A model generated the notes under the pieces. That model was not told the DNA's origin. It did not search any database and saw nothing but the letters and a program-made list of their open reading frames with translations. A stretch of DNA of 61,717 nucleotides, counting the filler, from Choristocarpus tenellus KU-1152 (lineage: Eukaryota > Protista > Phaeophyceae): the NCBI GenBank assembly GCA_964200185.2. It is 11 parts of 11 records of this genome, joined end to end, with 100 filler letters (N's around TTAATTAATTAA, not from the genome) between each part and the next. Parts side by side here need not be neighbours in the genome. Positions count along the whole stretch, not along the records: positions 1 to 6,527 come from CAXNAD020007935.1; positions 6,628 to 12,921 come from CAXNAD020008467.1; positions 13,022 to 17,701 come from CAXNAD020013489.1; 8 more parts are not named here. One strand, 5' to 3'. The translations under genes were made by a program, and so were the position numbers. This document shows positions 1 to 13,464 of this stretch, in pieces (the stretch's first letter is position 1; every line of letters begins with the position of its first letter).

Positions 1-590
1 AAAAGGGAAGAGAAAAAAGAAGGAGGGAAGAGAGGGAAGGGGGGGGAGGAAGGGGGGGGGGGGGGGGGGGGGGGGGGGAGAGGTAGAGGAAGTAGAAAGG
101 TTTAGGACTGGAGGTGGGTAGGAAAATATGCGCAAATTCGACGGCGGTATTCTTACTGGATGAGCAGCAACTACACACCACAAGGGTTATGGCGAAGGTG
201 GGGTATACTTTGGGGGGTCGGGAGGAGGGGTGCAGTGAGTCAGGCACACGAGTAGGCATTTTGCTTGAGATTGTACACCAGAGTTCTTCCGTCAGCATGC
301 TAGGGATACACAGATGGTGATCTGGGAGGGATACAAAGCTCGTATTCCACCCATAGTGTAATCCAATATCAAACACAGATGTTTTCCATCACCCATTCAA
401 TCCCAGCTGGCAAGGAGGCCTCTTGCGGAATCCTCCTTGATTTCGAGAGGGCATAATGAACACTTCTGTGCCCTATATCCCTACGCACATCTCAAGGCAA
501 ATCAGAACAGAATCAGAAATTTCAGGGGAAAGGGTGGCACACACTGCACCTTTCAAGGAGGAAATACCGCAGAGACACATGGTGAGGTAG

Positions 591-636
<46 letters not shown>

Positions 637-874
637 ACCCCCGCCCCCCCNNNNNNNAGGAAAAAAAAAAAAAAAAAAGGGGGGGGGGGGGCGAAGCCCA
701 CCCCCCCCCGCAGAGGAAGAACACACAAAACAGACACTGGGGGGCCCCCCCCCCCCCCCCCCCCCCCTTCCCAATATACTCAACACTACTAAGTACAACA
801 CATGCGACAAGCCCGAACAACCTCCTAACATCTCACAGTCCAATATTCACCATAGTCCAAGATCATCATTTGCC

Positions 875-3490
875 TCAACTTAAGCCCACTTTCACACACG
901 CCACAAACCTGAAACTCCCCTCGTCCCCTCCTTCATTGACTGGGCAATACCATCTTCCCAGCGCTCTCCCATTCAACAGATCTCTCAGAGGCTGACTCGA
1001 GAGCTGGGAGTACAGCAACCACTCTAGGTCGCTTGCGCCTTCAGACTCAACCCTCATCGTGGCATGTATATCTCCAGCTAAAACCGTTCCTCCCCCCCTG
1101 TATGTTCTCGCAGTATCGGAGACCACAAGCACGCCTTCCGACAACACCTCCGATTCCAGGTCAGAGTCCTGCCACTATTTCCAGTGGAAGCGACGGGCCC
1201 CACAGATTACAACGTGCAGATATGATTCATATGTAGCTGGAGGGGAGGGGGGCTTGGGCATACTCACTCCCAAAGCAAATCTAAGACGGGGTTTGTTTTA
1301 GGTAGAAAACTTGAAAAATCGTGCTTTTTCGACACTCGAGAGTGCTTTGGAGAGTGAGATCTAATCAACGGTCTTGTTCTTAGGTAAGGTATATTGATAA
1401 GCTACTAGATCTAGCAAAACAGGAGGTAGATACTACAACATGCAGAAAGATCAAGCAGGCGTTGGTGGCATCGAGTGATCCACAGCAGGGTGCAACAAAA
1501 ATTCTTGTGTGTGCACAATAGTATCAGAGGAACACCCTTAGCTGCGATGTTCTCAGAACCAAGAACTTGTCCTGGCATGGTCTCTGGACAATAGCACAAA
1601 TCTCACCTCTATGTGCACACCACTCCCTTGGTGAGACTGTGGGGTGCTGAAAGTGAGGTCCCCATCTATCTCTCTAACCGAGGCAGCAAGACTATCTCCT
1701 CTGGGGCGTCTCTCTGTTGCATTGCTGGCCGGAACCCTGCCCCCTGCCTCAAATCTCTCCAGCTCCCGCCACATCAAAGAGGAGTGTGAGCGTAGGTTTG
1801 GCCGCCGTGATTGGTGTGAATCAGGCTGGGGGCGGACAGCATGCACCATAAGTGACCCCATCCTTGACCTTTCCGTCACAGATGGCACCTCCAGCACGTG
1901 CCCATCCTCATATCTAGCAGACCTTTGTGGCCTTCGCTGAATGTTTTCTGGGGTGGGTGAAGGTACAATGGCCTCATCTGTCCTGCCAGTGCTGGTCAAG
2001 TCAGAATCTGAACCCAGTAGAGGCCATTGATGCCCTCCGTATCCCGAGCTCACCTCAAGGATACATAGCGTCAGGGTTGCGATCAGGGAAACGGTTAGGG
2101 TCATGGTCAGGGCATGCGGATGACCATTGGGGGCACTGTCCAAGGAGACACAAGCTATAGTGTACGTAAAGTTGGACCAGTACAGTAGGTAGAGCAATTT
2201 ACAAAATGTTCAAAGAGGATTCATTGTGTGAGGCAGAATTCAAATGTTGCCGTTGGCATGGAGGGAAGTACGGTGAGGAGTGTAAGTCCATTGAAGAGAT
2301 AGCACTACATCGACTGGCATGCGCACTGAAGTCGGCTCAAGAAAACACAGCTATTCAAACTAAAGAGTACAATCGATGTTCCCAGTGAGGTAAAGTAGAA
2401 CAGAGGGATAACTACACCAGGTTTTGGTATACGATATTAGCAGTCCCTGCACCTCTTCCCGTGAATATCGTCACACTGATCGTTTCCGACACCATCGCCA
2501 TAAGGTGAACCCTACAAACTTTACCTCTTCCTGTTGAGCTATTAACGTCTCCTCAATCTCCCTGAGAAAATCCCTTAGTGACCGCCTTCGAAAGTTTCGT
2601 CCCCGTGTACCGCTTCCTTCCCTCACACGCTCCCTTTGTCTTGCACGCGGCAAAGGACTCTCTGGACCTCCCGTGCTAGGAGATGAACTGGAAATAGAGT
2701 CAGGTGTCAACAAATGTTCTTGTTCAGCATGCATGTGATCGTAGGCTCCCCGAAGAACCGTGGATCTCCTTCTCAATGTTGGTCTGGTAGTTCGATGATT
2801 TGTACTGGTCGATGAAAAGAACATCCTCTCATGCCTTGTTGCAGGGTTCCGGGGTCTTTGAGCATCGATATCTTGGTTTTCTACATCAACTCGAGACAGA
2901 TGACGTTCATCAGGAAGGCTGTTGTTTGTGCTACCCCTAGATATATCATCATAACAATCGAGGTCTTCCCTCCATTCGTAACCATCATTGAGAGTACTGA
3001 CGGGGAGGGGGAAGTCGACACTAAACCTCCGGAAGACTTCATCCAATCTGGAGAGGCTTTCCACCCCGGTCGAGGTCATGCTTTCGGATGTGCTACCCTG
3101 CTCCCAATTTTGGAGGGGAACAGAGGGTGGAGTGTCGGTACTGGACGAAGATTCCTGGGGAAAGCTGTTGAGGTGCCCATCTGCCCAGAAGCCTGGCGGC
3201 CTTGTGCCTTGACTCCTGTGTCGTGGGGCAACATGGGGGCGGTGAATCGACAGGGGTATGAAGTGGTAGTTGTCTTGCCGATCGCGATCATTCGTTTTGG
3301 GGCTATTAGATGTGTAAGACTACAAGCTCAGTCCACCAAATGGTGGGATGACCGAATTCCATTTGGGTATAATTTGCCTCCAACCCTCTCTAGACACCCA
3401 CCGGGTCATGTACTCGTGCAGGGCATCAGTGTAGGCAGATAGAAATGAGGAGGGACTAGTCAACGGAGTTTCCGTTCTTGAATCCTCCAT
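875..3490 (-). CDS. Multi-exon hypothetical protein with a long Ser/Arg/Pro-rich, probably disordered N-terminal part; 3' structure unresolved
   Basis: Exon 3490-3402 (MEDSRTETPLTSPSSFLSAYTDALHEYMTR, donor GTGGGT) joins in phase 2 to exon 3302-2525 (open throughout, ends LIAQQEE, donor GTAAAG). Further open segments on the same strand at ~2150-1588 (donor GTGAGA) and ~1175-890 (WQDSDLESEVLSEG...RFVACVK). No family recognised. Confidence 0.6.
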
Positions 3491-3700
3491 CAAGAAGGGA
3501 ACGCAGAGACTAGGGGGAGGATCAACCCATCAAGCATTAGATGAGGAGCTCTCGGGTCTTCGGGCAAATTGTTGTATTAAGAAGGCAACTGGTCGTTATG
3601 AAACGGTACATTTTGAACCACTATTGTGATGTTGTGGTATTGTGATGATTTTATCCTTCAACATTCCCAAAAGTCATAAGGAGAGGAATCGGGGAGTACG

Positions 3701-6201
3701 ATGGAGGTCATTTTGGATGTCCTCTGTCCAACCGTAATTTCACGAGAGTGGGTTTCAGGGTCTCGGGGCCACCACCATATATTGAAGGCGGTGCGGAATT
3801 CACTTGTAGCCAATCCAGGAAGGAAGGAGAAGGCTATCCAGCTCGGATTAGTTGGCGAACTCCTCAACCTTATTGAAACTTCTACCACAGGGGTGGATTC
3901 CACCAATGATGGAGAAAGAGTTTTTCTGGGAGCAGTGACAGATGACACAGAATGCGTTCTTCACAGCATTGGGTTGCTGGGGTTATTAGCCAGTCACCAT
4001 GCGTTCCTGTCCGGGCTAACAGAGGTCCAAGCGCACAGGCTGCTCTGTCAGGTGAAACAATGTCTGAAATATGGAGATGGCCTCGTTCAAGCCTCCACAC
4101 TCAGGACTCTCACAATGATATACGACAGCACCGAGGCTCTTGATCTACCTGATATGCCTGAAAGCGTAGTACACGGCATACTCAAGGAGCTCATAGGGTG
4201 GACTTGGACGGAGGACGTAAAGTTGCTGGGTATTGGCGCTCTTGCTGCTATGACGAGGGATGATACCTTTGCCAGGAAGTTGGCGATGTCGGTGGCGGCA
4301 TTAGACCCAGGGCTATTAGTGCGACCCTTGCTCAGGATATGGTGAGTCATTTTTGAGCAGTGAAAGTCTTAAATTAATCGCGATGTTCAGTACAATTTAT
4401 GGGAGCCCCACCATGAGGTCTGTCCATATCAGGTCGGCACCAGTTGATGTGTTAGAACACCGACCTTTATCCCTGAATAAATAAATTACGCTTCCCTTTA
4501 TGCGTCCCAGTCAGCACAACAAGTGCGAGGTGACGAAAGCGGCGAAGGCCTCGCGGCAGGCAAGGTTTAGGGGTGGACAAGGGGAAAAGTTAGTACCCCT
4601 CTTGGAGCTGCTGAACAACTTGTCATCTCAGTTGCCTACTGTGATTGGGCAATGGATAGATAATTATGAACAGGGAGAGGCACTTCTGGGGTGCCTGGAA
4701 AACCTGCTGACCTATCCAGAGGAGAAGGTAAGAGGTACCGAAAAGGTCAATAGTAGGTGATGTGACGCCTTTAAAGACCAACCTTATCGTCTTCGAATCG
4801 AAATTTTTCTGCCCTGGATTGTAGGAAGGCTGGTGCAATGCTTTCTGTTTACCACGTCCATACAGTCATGCACCACCTTGCCTACACTACTGTGAGAGTT
4901 CGAGCATCAGATTAGTTGAACACTACCGGTAAGCTCGACTATCCTTCCACCCTAACAGGTGTCATGTCTCTGCCCCTGCCCCTGCCCCCTTCCCCATACA
5001 TACCCATCCCTCTCACACACCTCAATGGCATACATGAATGGCACGTGCACTTGGTTAATGGAAGGTTCGTATCCTGACTGGGATGGTACTGGTGCATATG
5101 TCGTCAAGCAGAGTCCTCAACTTTTCTGAGGGGGGCATGCGTGAGGTTGCCATTGAGCAATGCAAACCTCATTCCCTCGAGCACATTGTCACCCACCGTG
5201 CTGTCCCACTTTTTGCACGCTCCCTATCAGCTTTCGCAAAAGCACTTAAACAAACATGTGGAGGTGAAAAAAAGTCGACCGTTGGAGACATTGGAGTTGC
5301 TACTGGCGTCAAGAAGTGCTCATTTCGCGATGCTAGACTGATGGCACGGGCAGTGGCCGAGGCCACGGGACAGGGAACAAGACGGCAAAAGGAGGCCTTG
5401 CAGTGTGGTGCAGTGAATGCACTTGCAGAGTGGATGCAGGCACGTACAGCTACAGAAATGACAAGCATCAATGGTGATCCAGTGAAGAAGGGGCCTGGGG
5501 GGAGGGAAGAAGAGTGTGCAATGGTAGATTGTGCTGCATTATCCACGCTTGGAGTATTGTGCTCCAACTGTGAAGAGGCCAGGCAGAGGGTAGTGGACCT
5601 TGGTGTGCACCTCAGTGCCCATCGCTGGATAGAATCCTGGTACACTATCAAAGGAAAGAAGACGAGAGGGGGAGAGGGAGGGAGGGAGGGCACACAAGCA
5701 GCACTCACCTTGGTGAAGAATCTGGCACGTTCCAGCATGTCGTGTGTTGTGCTTGTGTCTGCAGGAGTGCATGCTGCCCTCATGTCCCTTGTGCTTGTGG
5801 AGCAAAATACATTGTTCTCTGATACTAAGATGACTACAAACAAGTTGTGGCCATGTGGGATGGAGATGAGCTCTAGGCCCTCTGTTCTTGAGGCCGCAAT
5901 CTCGCCTGCCAATGTTGTGAAGAACACTTCCTTTGTTCCAGAAGTCAATCGTAGCACTGCCAGTGACAACAATGGTCTTGGTAACAGTAGCATCCACAAC
6001 AGTGGTGATAACGGGACTGGAGAAGCTGAAGTAGAGGGAAAGGGACATGTACGGGGCGAGGGAAGGCTGAGCACTCTTACGCTTGCCCTCAGTGCATTGG
6101 CAAACTTGTCCCTAGATAGCCTGGCAGTGAAACGTGTATGCACAAAACCCTCCTCTGTCTATGCGGTCTGCAATCTGATCTTCAAAGGTGTGGATAAGCA
6201 G
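3701..6201 (+). CDS. ARMC8: Armadillo-repeat protein ARMC8/Gid5(Vid28)-like, CTLH/GID E3 ligase subunit; 3' end not in contig
   Basis: Exon 3701-4341 (donor GTGAGT) joins in phase 2 to exon 4511-4727 (donor GTAAGA). A large exon inside ORF 5083-6324 ends at 6201 (acceptor not resolved). LKAVRNSLVANPGRKEKAIQLGLVGELL resembles the ARMC8 N-terminus; ALTLVKNLARS and ALSALANLSLD resemble later ARMC8 ARM segments. Confidence 0.68.
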
Positions 6202-6527
6202 GTGTGTGTGTGTGTGTCTGTGTGTGTGTCTGTGTGTGCGTGTGTATTTCTTTCTTTTTCTTGTATTCTTGATCACACTGCTGTTGTATGTCATCTTCAT
6301 GAGGGCTACCATGACCCCTGGTGATGTTTTTCTCGTTGCCGTCAGTGCTAAGAATGCCTCCCACCAACACCCTCCATTTTTATATGCTCAGGCATGCATT
6401 ACAAGGGATACAAGGGTTGTGCGATCTCATACCCACCCAAGGTGCATTAGTGATCGGGATGTGCATGACTGGGAGGCGTGTACTGTCAGACAGGGGCTCC
6501 ACACACTAACACAGATGTCGCGATACC

Positions 6528-6627
6528 NNNNNNNNNNNNNNNNNNNNNNNNNNNNNNNNNNNNNNNNNNNNTTAATTAATTAANNNNNNNNNNNNNNNNN
6601 NNNNNNNNNNNNNNNNNNNNNNNNNNN
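6528..6627. other. Artificial contig linker N44-TTAATTAATTAA-N44 (first of ten)
   Basis: Identical 100-bp block at 6528-6627, 12922-13021, 17702-17801, 20915-21014, 25812-25911, 29712-29811, 38775-38874, 43347-43446, 53528-53627 and 56798-56897. The palindromic 12-mer puts a stop codon in all six frames. Confidence 0.98.
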
Positions 6628-7915
6628 GTTCTGGGCTGGCAGGGGTACTACAGGTGGGGCATGGGATGGGATGCAGGGGTCCAGTGCAGAGCTATAGAGT
6701 CGAGGCACAGCCCAGATCCAGTGAGTGTGTGCAGGAGAAAAGGAGTACTGGCTGTTGTGTCTCGGAAAAACAGATCACACCGTGTTCCGGTGTAAGCTGA
6801 CGTGGTTGTTGGGATGGGCGTGTGAGTTGGGGTCCCTGGGGGGGGAGGCTGGCCGTCAACGCCCCATAAAATCTCTTATCACCTATACATATTGTCAGTA
6901 TTCTCAAGTATCCATTTTTGTAGTGGTGGATCTTCTGCGAAGATGGATTTATGGAATCTCTTGAAGATTCCAGTTTTACAGATATGGGACTGCATTTAAT
7001 TCAGAGTTGTCAAACATGAAAGATTCAGTTTGTTCTCATGTCTTTACCTTTCTAATGATACTCTCTCACTACATCCTCACTCTTCAATCCTCACCATTTT
7101 TGTACAGATTGTCTTGCACTTGTCCAACCTTAACCTCGTTCTCTCCCTTACGTTTTGTCATGGTTCGTCTGATATGTCTTGCCCAATGATTCTCTTCACC
7201 ACCCTTACCTGAGTGAACCACGTTGTCACACAATATATATTATAATTCATATATATATATTATACAATAATAATATAAGTAACAATAATATACTTCCACA
7301 CACACTTTTCTGCGCGCGTTTTGCGCGAAAGCGAATTCAAGGACCATAAGTGGAAGTTTGTACACCGAAAATGAATAAGAAAATAACGAGGTTTTGACTT
7401 TTGTGAGATTTAAAATGCATTACAGATGGGAAGTTCAATACGTCATTATATATGGTTCTAAATTATACTACTACTCTTACGTCTTTTCTTTTTTTTATAC
7501 CAACATTCTACTACACAACGTACAAACCTCAAATAAACCTAAACACCAAATATACACCTCCAAAACTTCTTGTACCAACTTCCCATTCAACCTCCCTATG
7601 CTCTATACTCTATTCTTGTTGTCGCAAATAATTCCCAGAAACCACAAGCAACAAACAAAATTTCACATCAAAATAATCAGGATTGGAAGTTCTGTAATGG
7701 TAATTTACTACTGTTTGAGTTGAAAAGTTGAAATGTGTGTGTAACCACTGGAAGAGAAGAGAAACTGTCACCTTCACCCTGTTCTCCCTAAAACATAAGT
7801 TGATTATATTCATCATTTGGAATTTCCTCTCTATACATCCTCCCTAGCATCTCACTTTAAGCAACTTGGTCACTTTCACGCCAACAACAAAGTTGGTGTG
7901 TTGGTAGTTGGCCAT

Positions 7916-10900
7916 ATGTCGTCGGTGATTGGGACTCTGTCTTTAGCACTCTTTGCGGTAACAATTGGAACAGTCAGGGCTCACCCTTTATGTTGGTATG
8001 GGCCTGATGGAAGCCCCTCTCAAATATATGAGCCTTTCTTCTGCCCCGATGATCTCAATGGGAATTGTTGCTCGACAGCTGAAGAGCAAGAGGTGCAAAA
8101 TAGGTACATCGAGGCGGGTACCACGGGCAACTGCGCAGCTCTGCATAAAGAGGTAGGTCGTCGGAAGAATGTGATAAACATCAAGAACCCAAGAATATAT
8201 CGTCCGTCCATAGGGATATCCCCAGACCTGGCCAGCAGTCTTTCCGCAGTACTCCGTCAGTGAAAAGTATTAAAGTCCTGGAGCAAGAGACACTTTGCTT
8301 GCGAATTTCATTAACGTATGCCTTGTCCCATGCTCCATCTCGATTCCGCCTGTCCAGGTTGTATGCGGTGTTTGTCTCGGCTTCAGTGCGCACTTGTACG
8401 AGAGGCTTGGTCCCGACCTTGGTCCGGAAGACGGAATGACCCTCACCAATGAGTTTTGTGATTCGTATGTGAAAGCATGCGGTACCCAGCTCAGCCTACC
8501 TGAGGACTACTGCGCCGTCCATACTGGGGGTGATGAAGATCAGTTCTGGTCCTACCCTCTAAAAGTGGATAGTAAGTATTCGAGAAACGGGTGTGCAATG
8601 TTTCTCTTCTGCAATTTTCCTTCTGTGCAGTATACCCTTTCTGATGATCGGAATCGTATATGACGCTTGGATACTGTCGACAGAGGTGTGATGTTGCGAT
8701 ATCTAGGTACTCGAATCTAGTCCCACTTTTGTCCAGTTGCATTTTGCAGGTGTTTTCAAAGAGGTACAGAAAACATACTTCAAAGAACAAAAGCACAATG
8801 AACACAATGTCTGTATTGTTTAGAAAGGGTCCTTCTTCATTTCGGGTGTTACCAATTTTGCCTAAGGAAGGCCCAAAGTTGTACCAAGAGAACACATCTA
8901 GACCTTTTGTTCCCCTACGCATGGGTCACACAATCTGCACAACTGTGAAGCTTGTTTTGCTCCAGCATTGTATATATTTCGTAACTTCTGGACGCAAGAA
9001 TTTGTTCAGGCTTCTTTCGTAACCTATCATCCATCTCTTGGAAGTGAAGATAGCTTGCCGGAACGAAACAGACTTACACAAGAAATTGATGCTATTCATT
9101 ACGCATTTGGCAGACACTGACTTCACTGGAGGGCTGCAGAAAGCTTTCAAGGCACTCCCTTCTGGTCAACTTCCTTCCGATCCCATTGCTATGCACATGA
9201 GCCCTGATAGTAGCATGTGGTGGGTTGCTGGACAAAATGGTCAGATAAAGATGGTGAGTACTCCAGAATACGTAGCTGCCTATCCCTTTTGTATCATGTC
9301 CTTCCTGCCCATTTTCGATCATTCGTCTTCTGATCGAGCCACAACATCATGTGAGTATACTTAGGTCTCTCCTAGGATCACTGACTATGATTTTGAAAAG
9401 TATCCGCCACCCACATAGATTGGCCTATATGGAGAGTGAAAATAGGACCTTCAAGAAGAAAGCATGTCTGTATAACCATCCCTTGCTGTATGAACAATCT
9501 ATTCAGACACAAGATAGACAAATGATAAGAGATTCCTGGCAAACAGCAGCATCAGAATGGCAAAGATGAAAAAATCTTTTAATATTTTGAAACTCACACG
9601 TTGTGCACACCATCCTTTGGAATTGAATGGTGAATATAGATTGATGCAACGGATCCAGATGTTTCCTCGGCTACTGAGGTCATGGACATAAGCTCAGGAT
9701 ACCAACTTTTTATTGGTTTTGAAGAGGTCAGTCAAATCGTGTGTACTTGTATTGCATGTGTCTCATGTAAGCAATTCTTGCAGACCTGTCTACATTGGTG
9801 GTATGTTCTTTTGTTATTGATTGAAATTTTCTATTGAGGTGTTGTTTAATACACTCAACTTCTGTGCTTGGCTAAATAATAAGAATGTATTTGAGTCCTT
9901 GACAACAACAAGCCTCTGGAACCTCGGCAGATAAACAAATTCCAGCTTGACTAGGGCAACTGTTAGTCCAAACTCTTGCTCGGTGTATAGATGGTGATTT
10001 TGATTGAAGCGTCGACTCCAACCTTGACTTTCATTTTCTATGCACACTTTTTTTTCTGCCTTGACTGTATGATCTGTTCTCCAATGTGTTCATTACTTCT
10101 TTCCACTGACGGTACATTCCCATCTGCACTGTCGTTCTTTTATGTCCATATTGTGTAAAACAGGGATTGATGGACTTCGCCTTCCACCCGGAGTTTACCA
10201 CGAACGGCCTGTTCTACGTTCATTACAATGTCGTAACTGTAAGAGACGAAATCGTACACCTGGGGTTGGACTCGAATATTTAAATCTGCATGCGTTCAGA
10301 CGAAAATTGGAACTATTCTGGGTCAATTTTTTTTTTATTGTTGTAATCTTGATGCTTTTTTATTTTGTTCAGTTTTAGTATGCTATTGCCTTGAACATAC
10401 TGAATTGTGTTGGTGATCATTTTAAGCTGTGATTGTCTATAGCTCAGCAATGCAAGGATTCATGGGAATAGAGACAGTGACAATCAAATGGTGAAGATAC
10501 CAAACTAAAGCACCTATTCTCCCCTTTCTGCGTTCTTGGCTTTGTATATTACAGGGAAATGGAGAAAAGTCCCGTGCACGTATGTCCAGATTTACGTACA
10601 AAAAGGGAAACTCTAGTAAAACTAGCAGCTCGGTTGTCGTCCTCTCTACATCCAACCCTAAGCAAACAACCATACACTCAGGAGGCTGGGCTGGGTTCAA
10701 GCCTTCGGACTACATAAATGCAAACAAGGTGGGAATGATTAGTTATGAAGTAGCAACTTGTTGCTACAGTCACAATCTCTAACCAACTTACAGCGCGCAA
10801 TGACACGTCATAAATTGTACCCTTGGTTATGTGCAGTAAAACATGTTGATCCACAGAAATGATTTATTGATGTACATCGAAAAAAATGACGCAATTAAGA

Positions 10901-12879
10901 AAAAAATCAATTATCTTTTAGAGATGAAGTTGCTGATATGTATTGATGTTAGTTCTTTCTTCTGTAAGTACAAGTAATGCGATAAGCTAGGGAACGTGGC
11001 CTATTTTGGATGGTTTTGCTTCCTTGTTAACAACATTGCATCATTTTGAAGCCTTGGCGGTAACGTTGTACATTTTACCAGCTGCTTCTTGTTGTCCCAT
11101 TGAGCAGAATTGGTACGAGTTGTACTGGGTTGTTGGTGATGGAGGACCGCAGCAGGACACCACAAATACAGCTCAAAATACCTACACCCAGCATGGAGCT
11201 ATGATGCGCATATTGGTGTCGTCAGATCCTGACGAGACAAACTACGAAATACCTGATTCAAACCCCTTTTCCAAGAAAGGTCTGTATGGGTATGGATGGC
11301 ACTGAGAAAAAACAAGAACTTCACATGTGGAATTTTGAAATTGATTGCAACATTGCTCATGATACATCAATGTGCCTGATGGGTTTCTCAAGGGTGCTTC
11401 GTTTGTGAAGCATGAATAAGGCATGCACAACACTGGGAGAAAATGCAAGCCAACGCAAGTACTCACCATCCTCCAACCCGAAGGTGTATTGGATTGTACG
11501 ATCTGTGTACAAGATTATATTCTCAGTTACTGTTTTTGAACCTTTGTACGATTTTAACACCTCTTCACCAGGTGGATTACCTGAGATTTGTGCTTACGGA
11601 ATGCGGAATCCATTCAAGTGCAGTTTTGACAGGGAGACCGACATACTTTACTGTGGTGAAGTGGGACACACGAAAATTGAAGAAATCAACATCATTGAGT
11701 GAGAAATCCCCTATCGACAGGTTGTGTGTATATAGTAGTTAAATTCGCCTACCGCTGACATTGCAAACTGGCAATGTCAAATGGGATTTCCACTGTTCCA
11801 TTATACAAAATGTTGAACACGTTTCATTTTTTCAAGTCTATGTATCATAAATATTGAACATGAGCAGACGTGTACTGTTGGCAATTTCACTCGAAGTATT
11901 ATGTTGGCAGTGTGTAATTACATAACATTAGATAACACGTACTGAGCCAAAGTATCTTGGAGGGCAGAGCCATGTACATTTGAGGACCAAATTCGAACGT
12001 TACGAATTTAATGTATTTTGGTTATGGCGTTTGTTAGGAAGTGTGAATATCCATGTTCCAGATACACCTCTTTACCTACTCCTAAACATTTTGGAGTAGG
12101 GAAATGTCATATAAGAACCATGGGAGGCCAAACCCCAAATGGACAAACGAGGCAGAACTCGTACCTTCTAAGATACTTTCACTCACCTGCAAGTTATTTT
12201 TCCACACTTCGGCACATGGGCCCTTACGCTATTCTAACATGACATTGATTTTAATTTCTACTCTGTAATTGAAAGGTGTGGCAATAACTACGGCTGGAAT
12301 AGCTTTGAGGCTGGACGCTGTAATGATGCGGTTGAGGGTGGCAACTGCTGGAACATCGATCGCTCTCCATACACATTCCCAACCTTCCAGTACTGCCATG
12401 CTGACTATGATTCAACGGACAATGGCGAGGACCAATATACCAATGGAGAAGACCTTTGTGGTGACCGTGAAGTTGTGGGGTCCTCAGTTATTGGTAAGCT
12501 TTTAGATGGTGTTTGTAATTGGTTGTGATTCTCAAGTTCTTGTTTAGGCTGGATTAGTGTCAGCATTCATTGAGAAATACATCTATGGGACAATGCCTTG
12601 TCCCAGTAATATATATTGTCACCTGTATTTCTGTGCTGATCACCAGTTGAATGTTTTTCAAAGTCGATTAGTTTTTGCATGATGGCATTCCAAGTCATGT
12701 GAACAATTCGCATATATATATACTGCCCCTATCAAAGCTAGGACGATCTAGTCGAAATCGAAAATATTTCTGTGTTCAAATCAACATTTGCAAACTCCAG
12801 GTGGCTACATGTACAGAGGGACTAAGTATGGAGATATTGGCCTTTATGGCAAGTACATCTTCCATGACTTTGAGTACAA
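7916..12879 (+). CDS. HHIP-like/HIPL1-like secreted protein: signal peptide, Cys-rich folate-receptor-like domain, glucose/sorbosone dehydrogenase beta-propeller; truncated at contig end
   Basis: Ten phase-consistent GT-AG exons: 7916-8152, 8358-8571, 9114-9253, 9640-9726, 10164-10238, 10555-10728, 11108-11279, 11572-11698, 12276-12493, 12801-12879. Motifs: AHPLC, CC, CGVC..FSAHLY, EEGLMDFAFHPEF..NGLFYVHY, HSGG, GDGG, YEIPDSNPF, PEICAYGMRNPFKCSFDR, EEINII, GNNYGW, SVIGGYMYRG, LYGKYIF. Confidence 0.92.
11944..12184 (+). mobile_element. MITE family A copy in intron 8 of the HHIP-like gene
   Basis: Ends GAGCCAAAGTATCTTGGAGGG ... CCTTCTAAGATACTTTCACTC; internal hairpin CCTACTCC/GGAGTAGG; homologous to six other copies in the window. 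Flanks ACT/ACC. Confidence 0.88.
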
Positions 12880-13464
12880 GTGAGTTTAAAGGTTATTGGA
12901 TATCGAAACAACCAGGGATACNNNNNNNNNNNNNNNNNNNNNNNNNNNNNNNNNNNNNNNNNNNNTTAATTAATTAANNNNNNNNNNNNNNNNNNNNNNN
13001 NNNNNNNNNNNNNNNNNNNNNTGTAGAGGGGGGCGCCTGGAGTAGCAGTTGTGGGGGGGGGGGGGGGGGGAGGGGGAAAATATCCCATTAAGTGTCACTC
13101 AACAACTCCAAGAGTTGAGCCGCTCAATGCCAGTTTTCTTTTCAAGATCCACTTGATAGAGGGTAGTCTCGCATGTGTGTTTTTTGTTTTATTTGAGAGG
13201 GAGGGATTAGGGTTAGGTCTGTGGTACACTCCAGAGTACTTGGTGTCAATAGGAGAAAGTAGCAACGCTGCAACCAATGGAATGGCTTGTAAGTTTCAGT
13301 TATACATTGAGTCAATAGCGCCCAAAATTCTGCATGCTCCTCTCTATCACAACCGTCCTACCTTTGTTTGGTCTTGTTGACTTCTGCTCTCGTGCTGTGT
13401 GGTCCCTCTAACCAAGTACATTGTCCCCATGAAAAAATGCCCGAATTCACAACTCCCCACCAAG

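Noticed and set aside
437-883. Poly-Pro/poly-Gly ORFs (formin- or extensin-like)
   Set aside because: They come from C/A/G homopolymers around an N gap at 651-657; low-quality or intronic sequence.
5169-6143. 324-aa minus-strand ORF
   Set aside because: Antisense shadow of the large ARMC8-like exon.
6572-6583. Recurring TTAATTAATTAA as a biological repeat or recombination site
   Set aside because: Always centred in exactly 44+44 Ns; it is an artificial six-frame stop linker.
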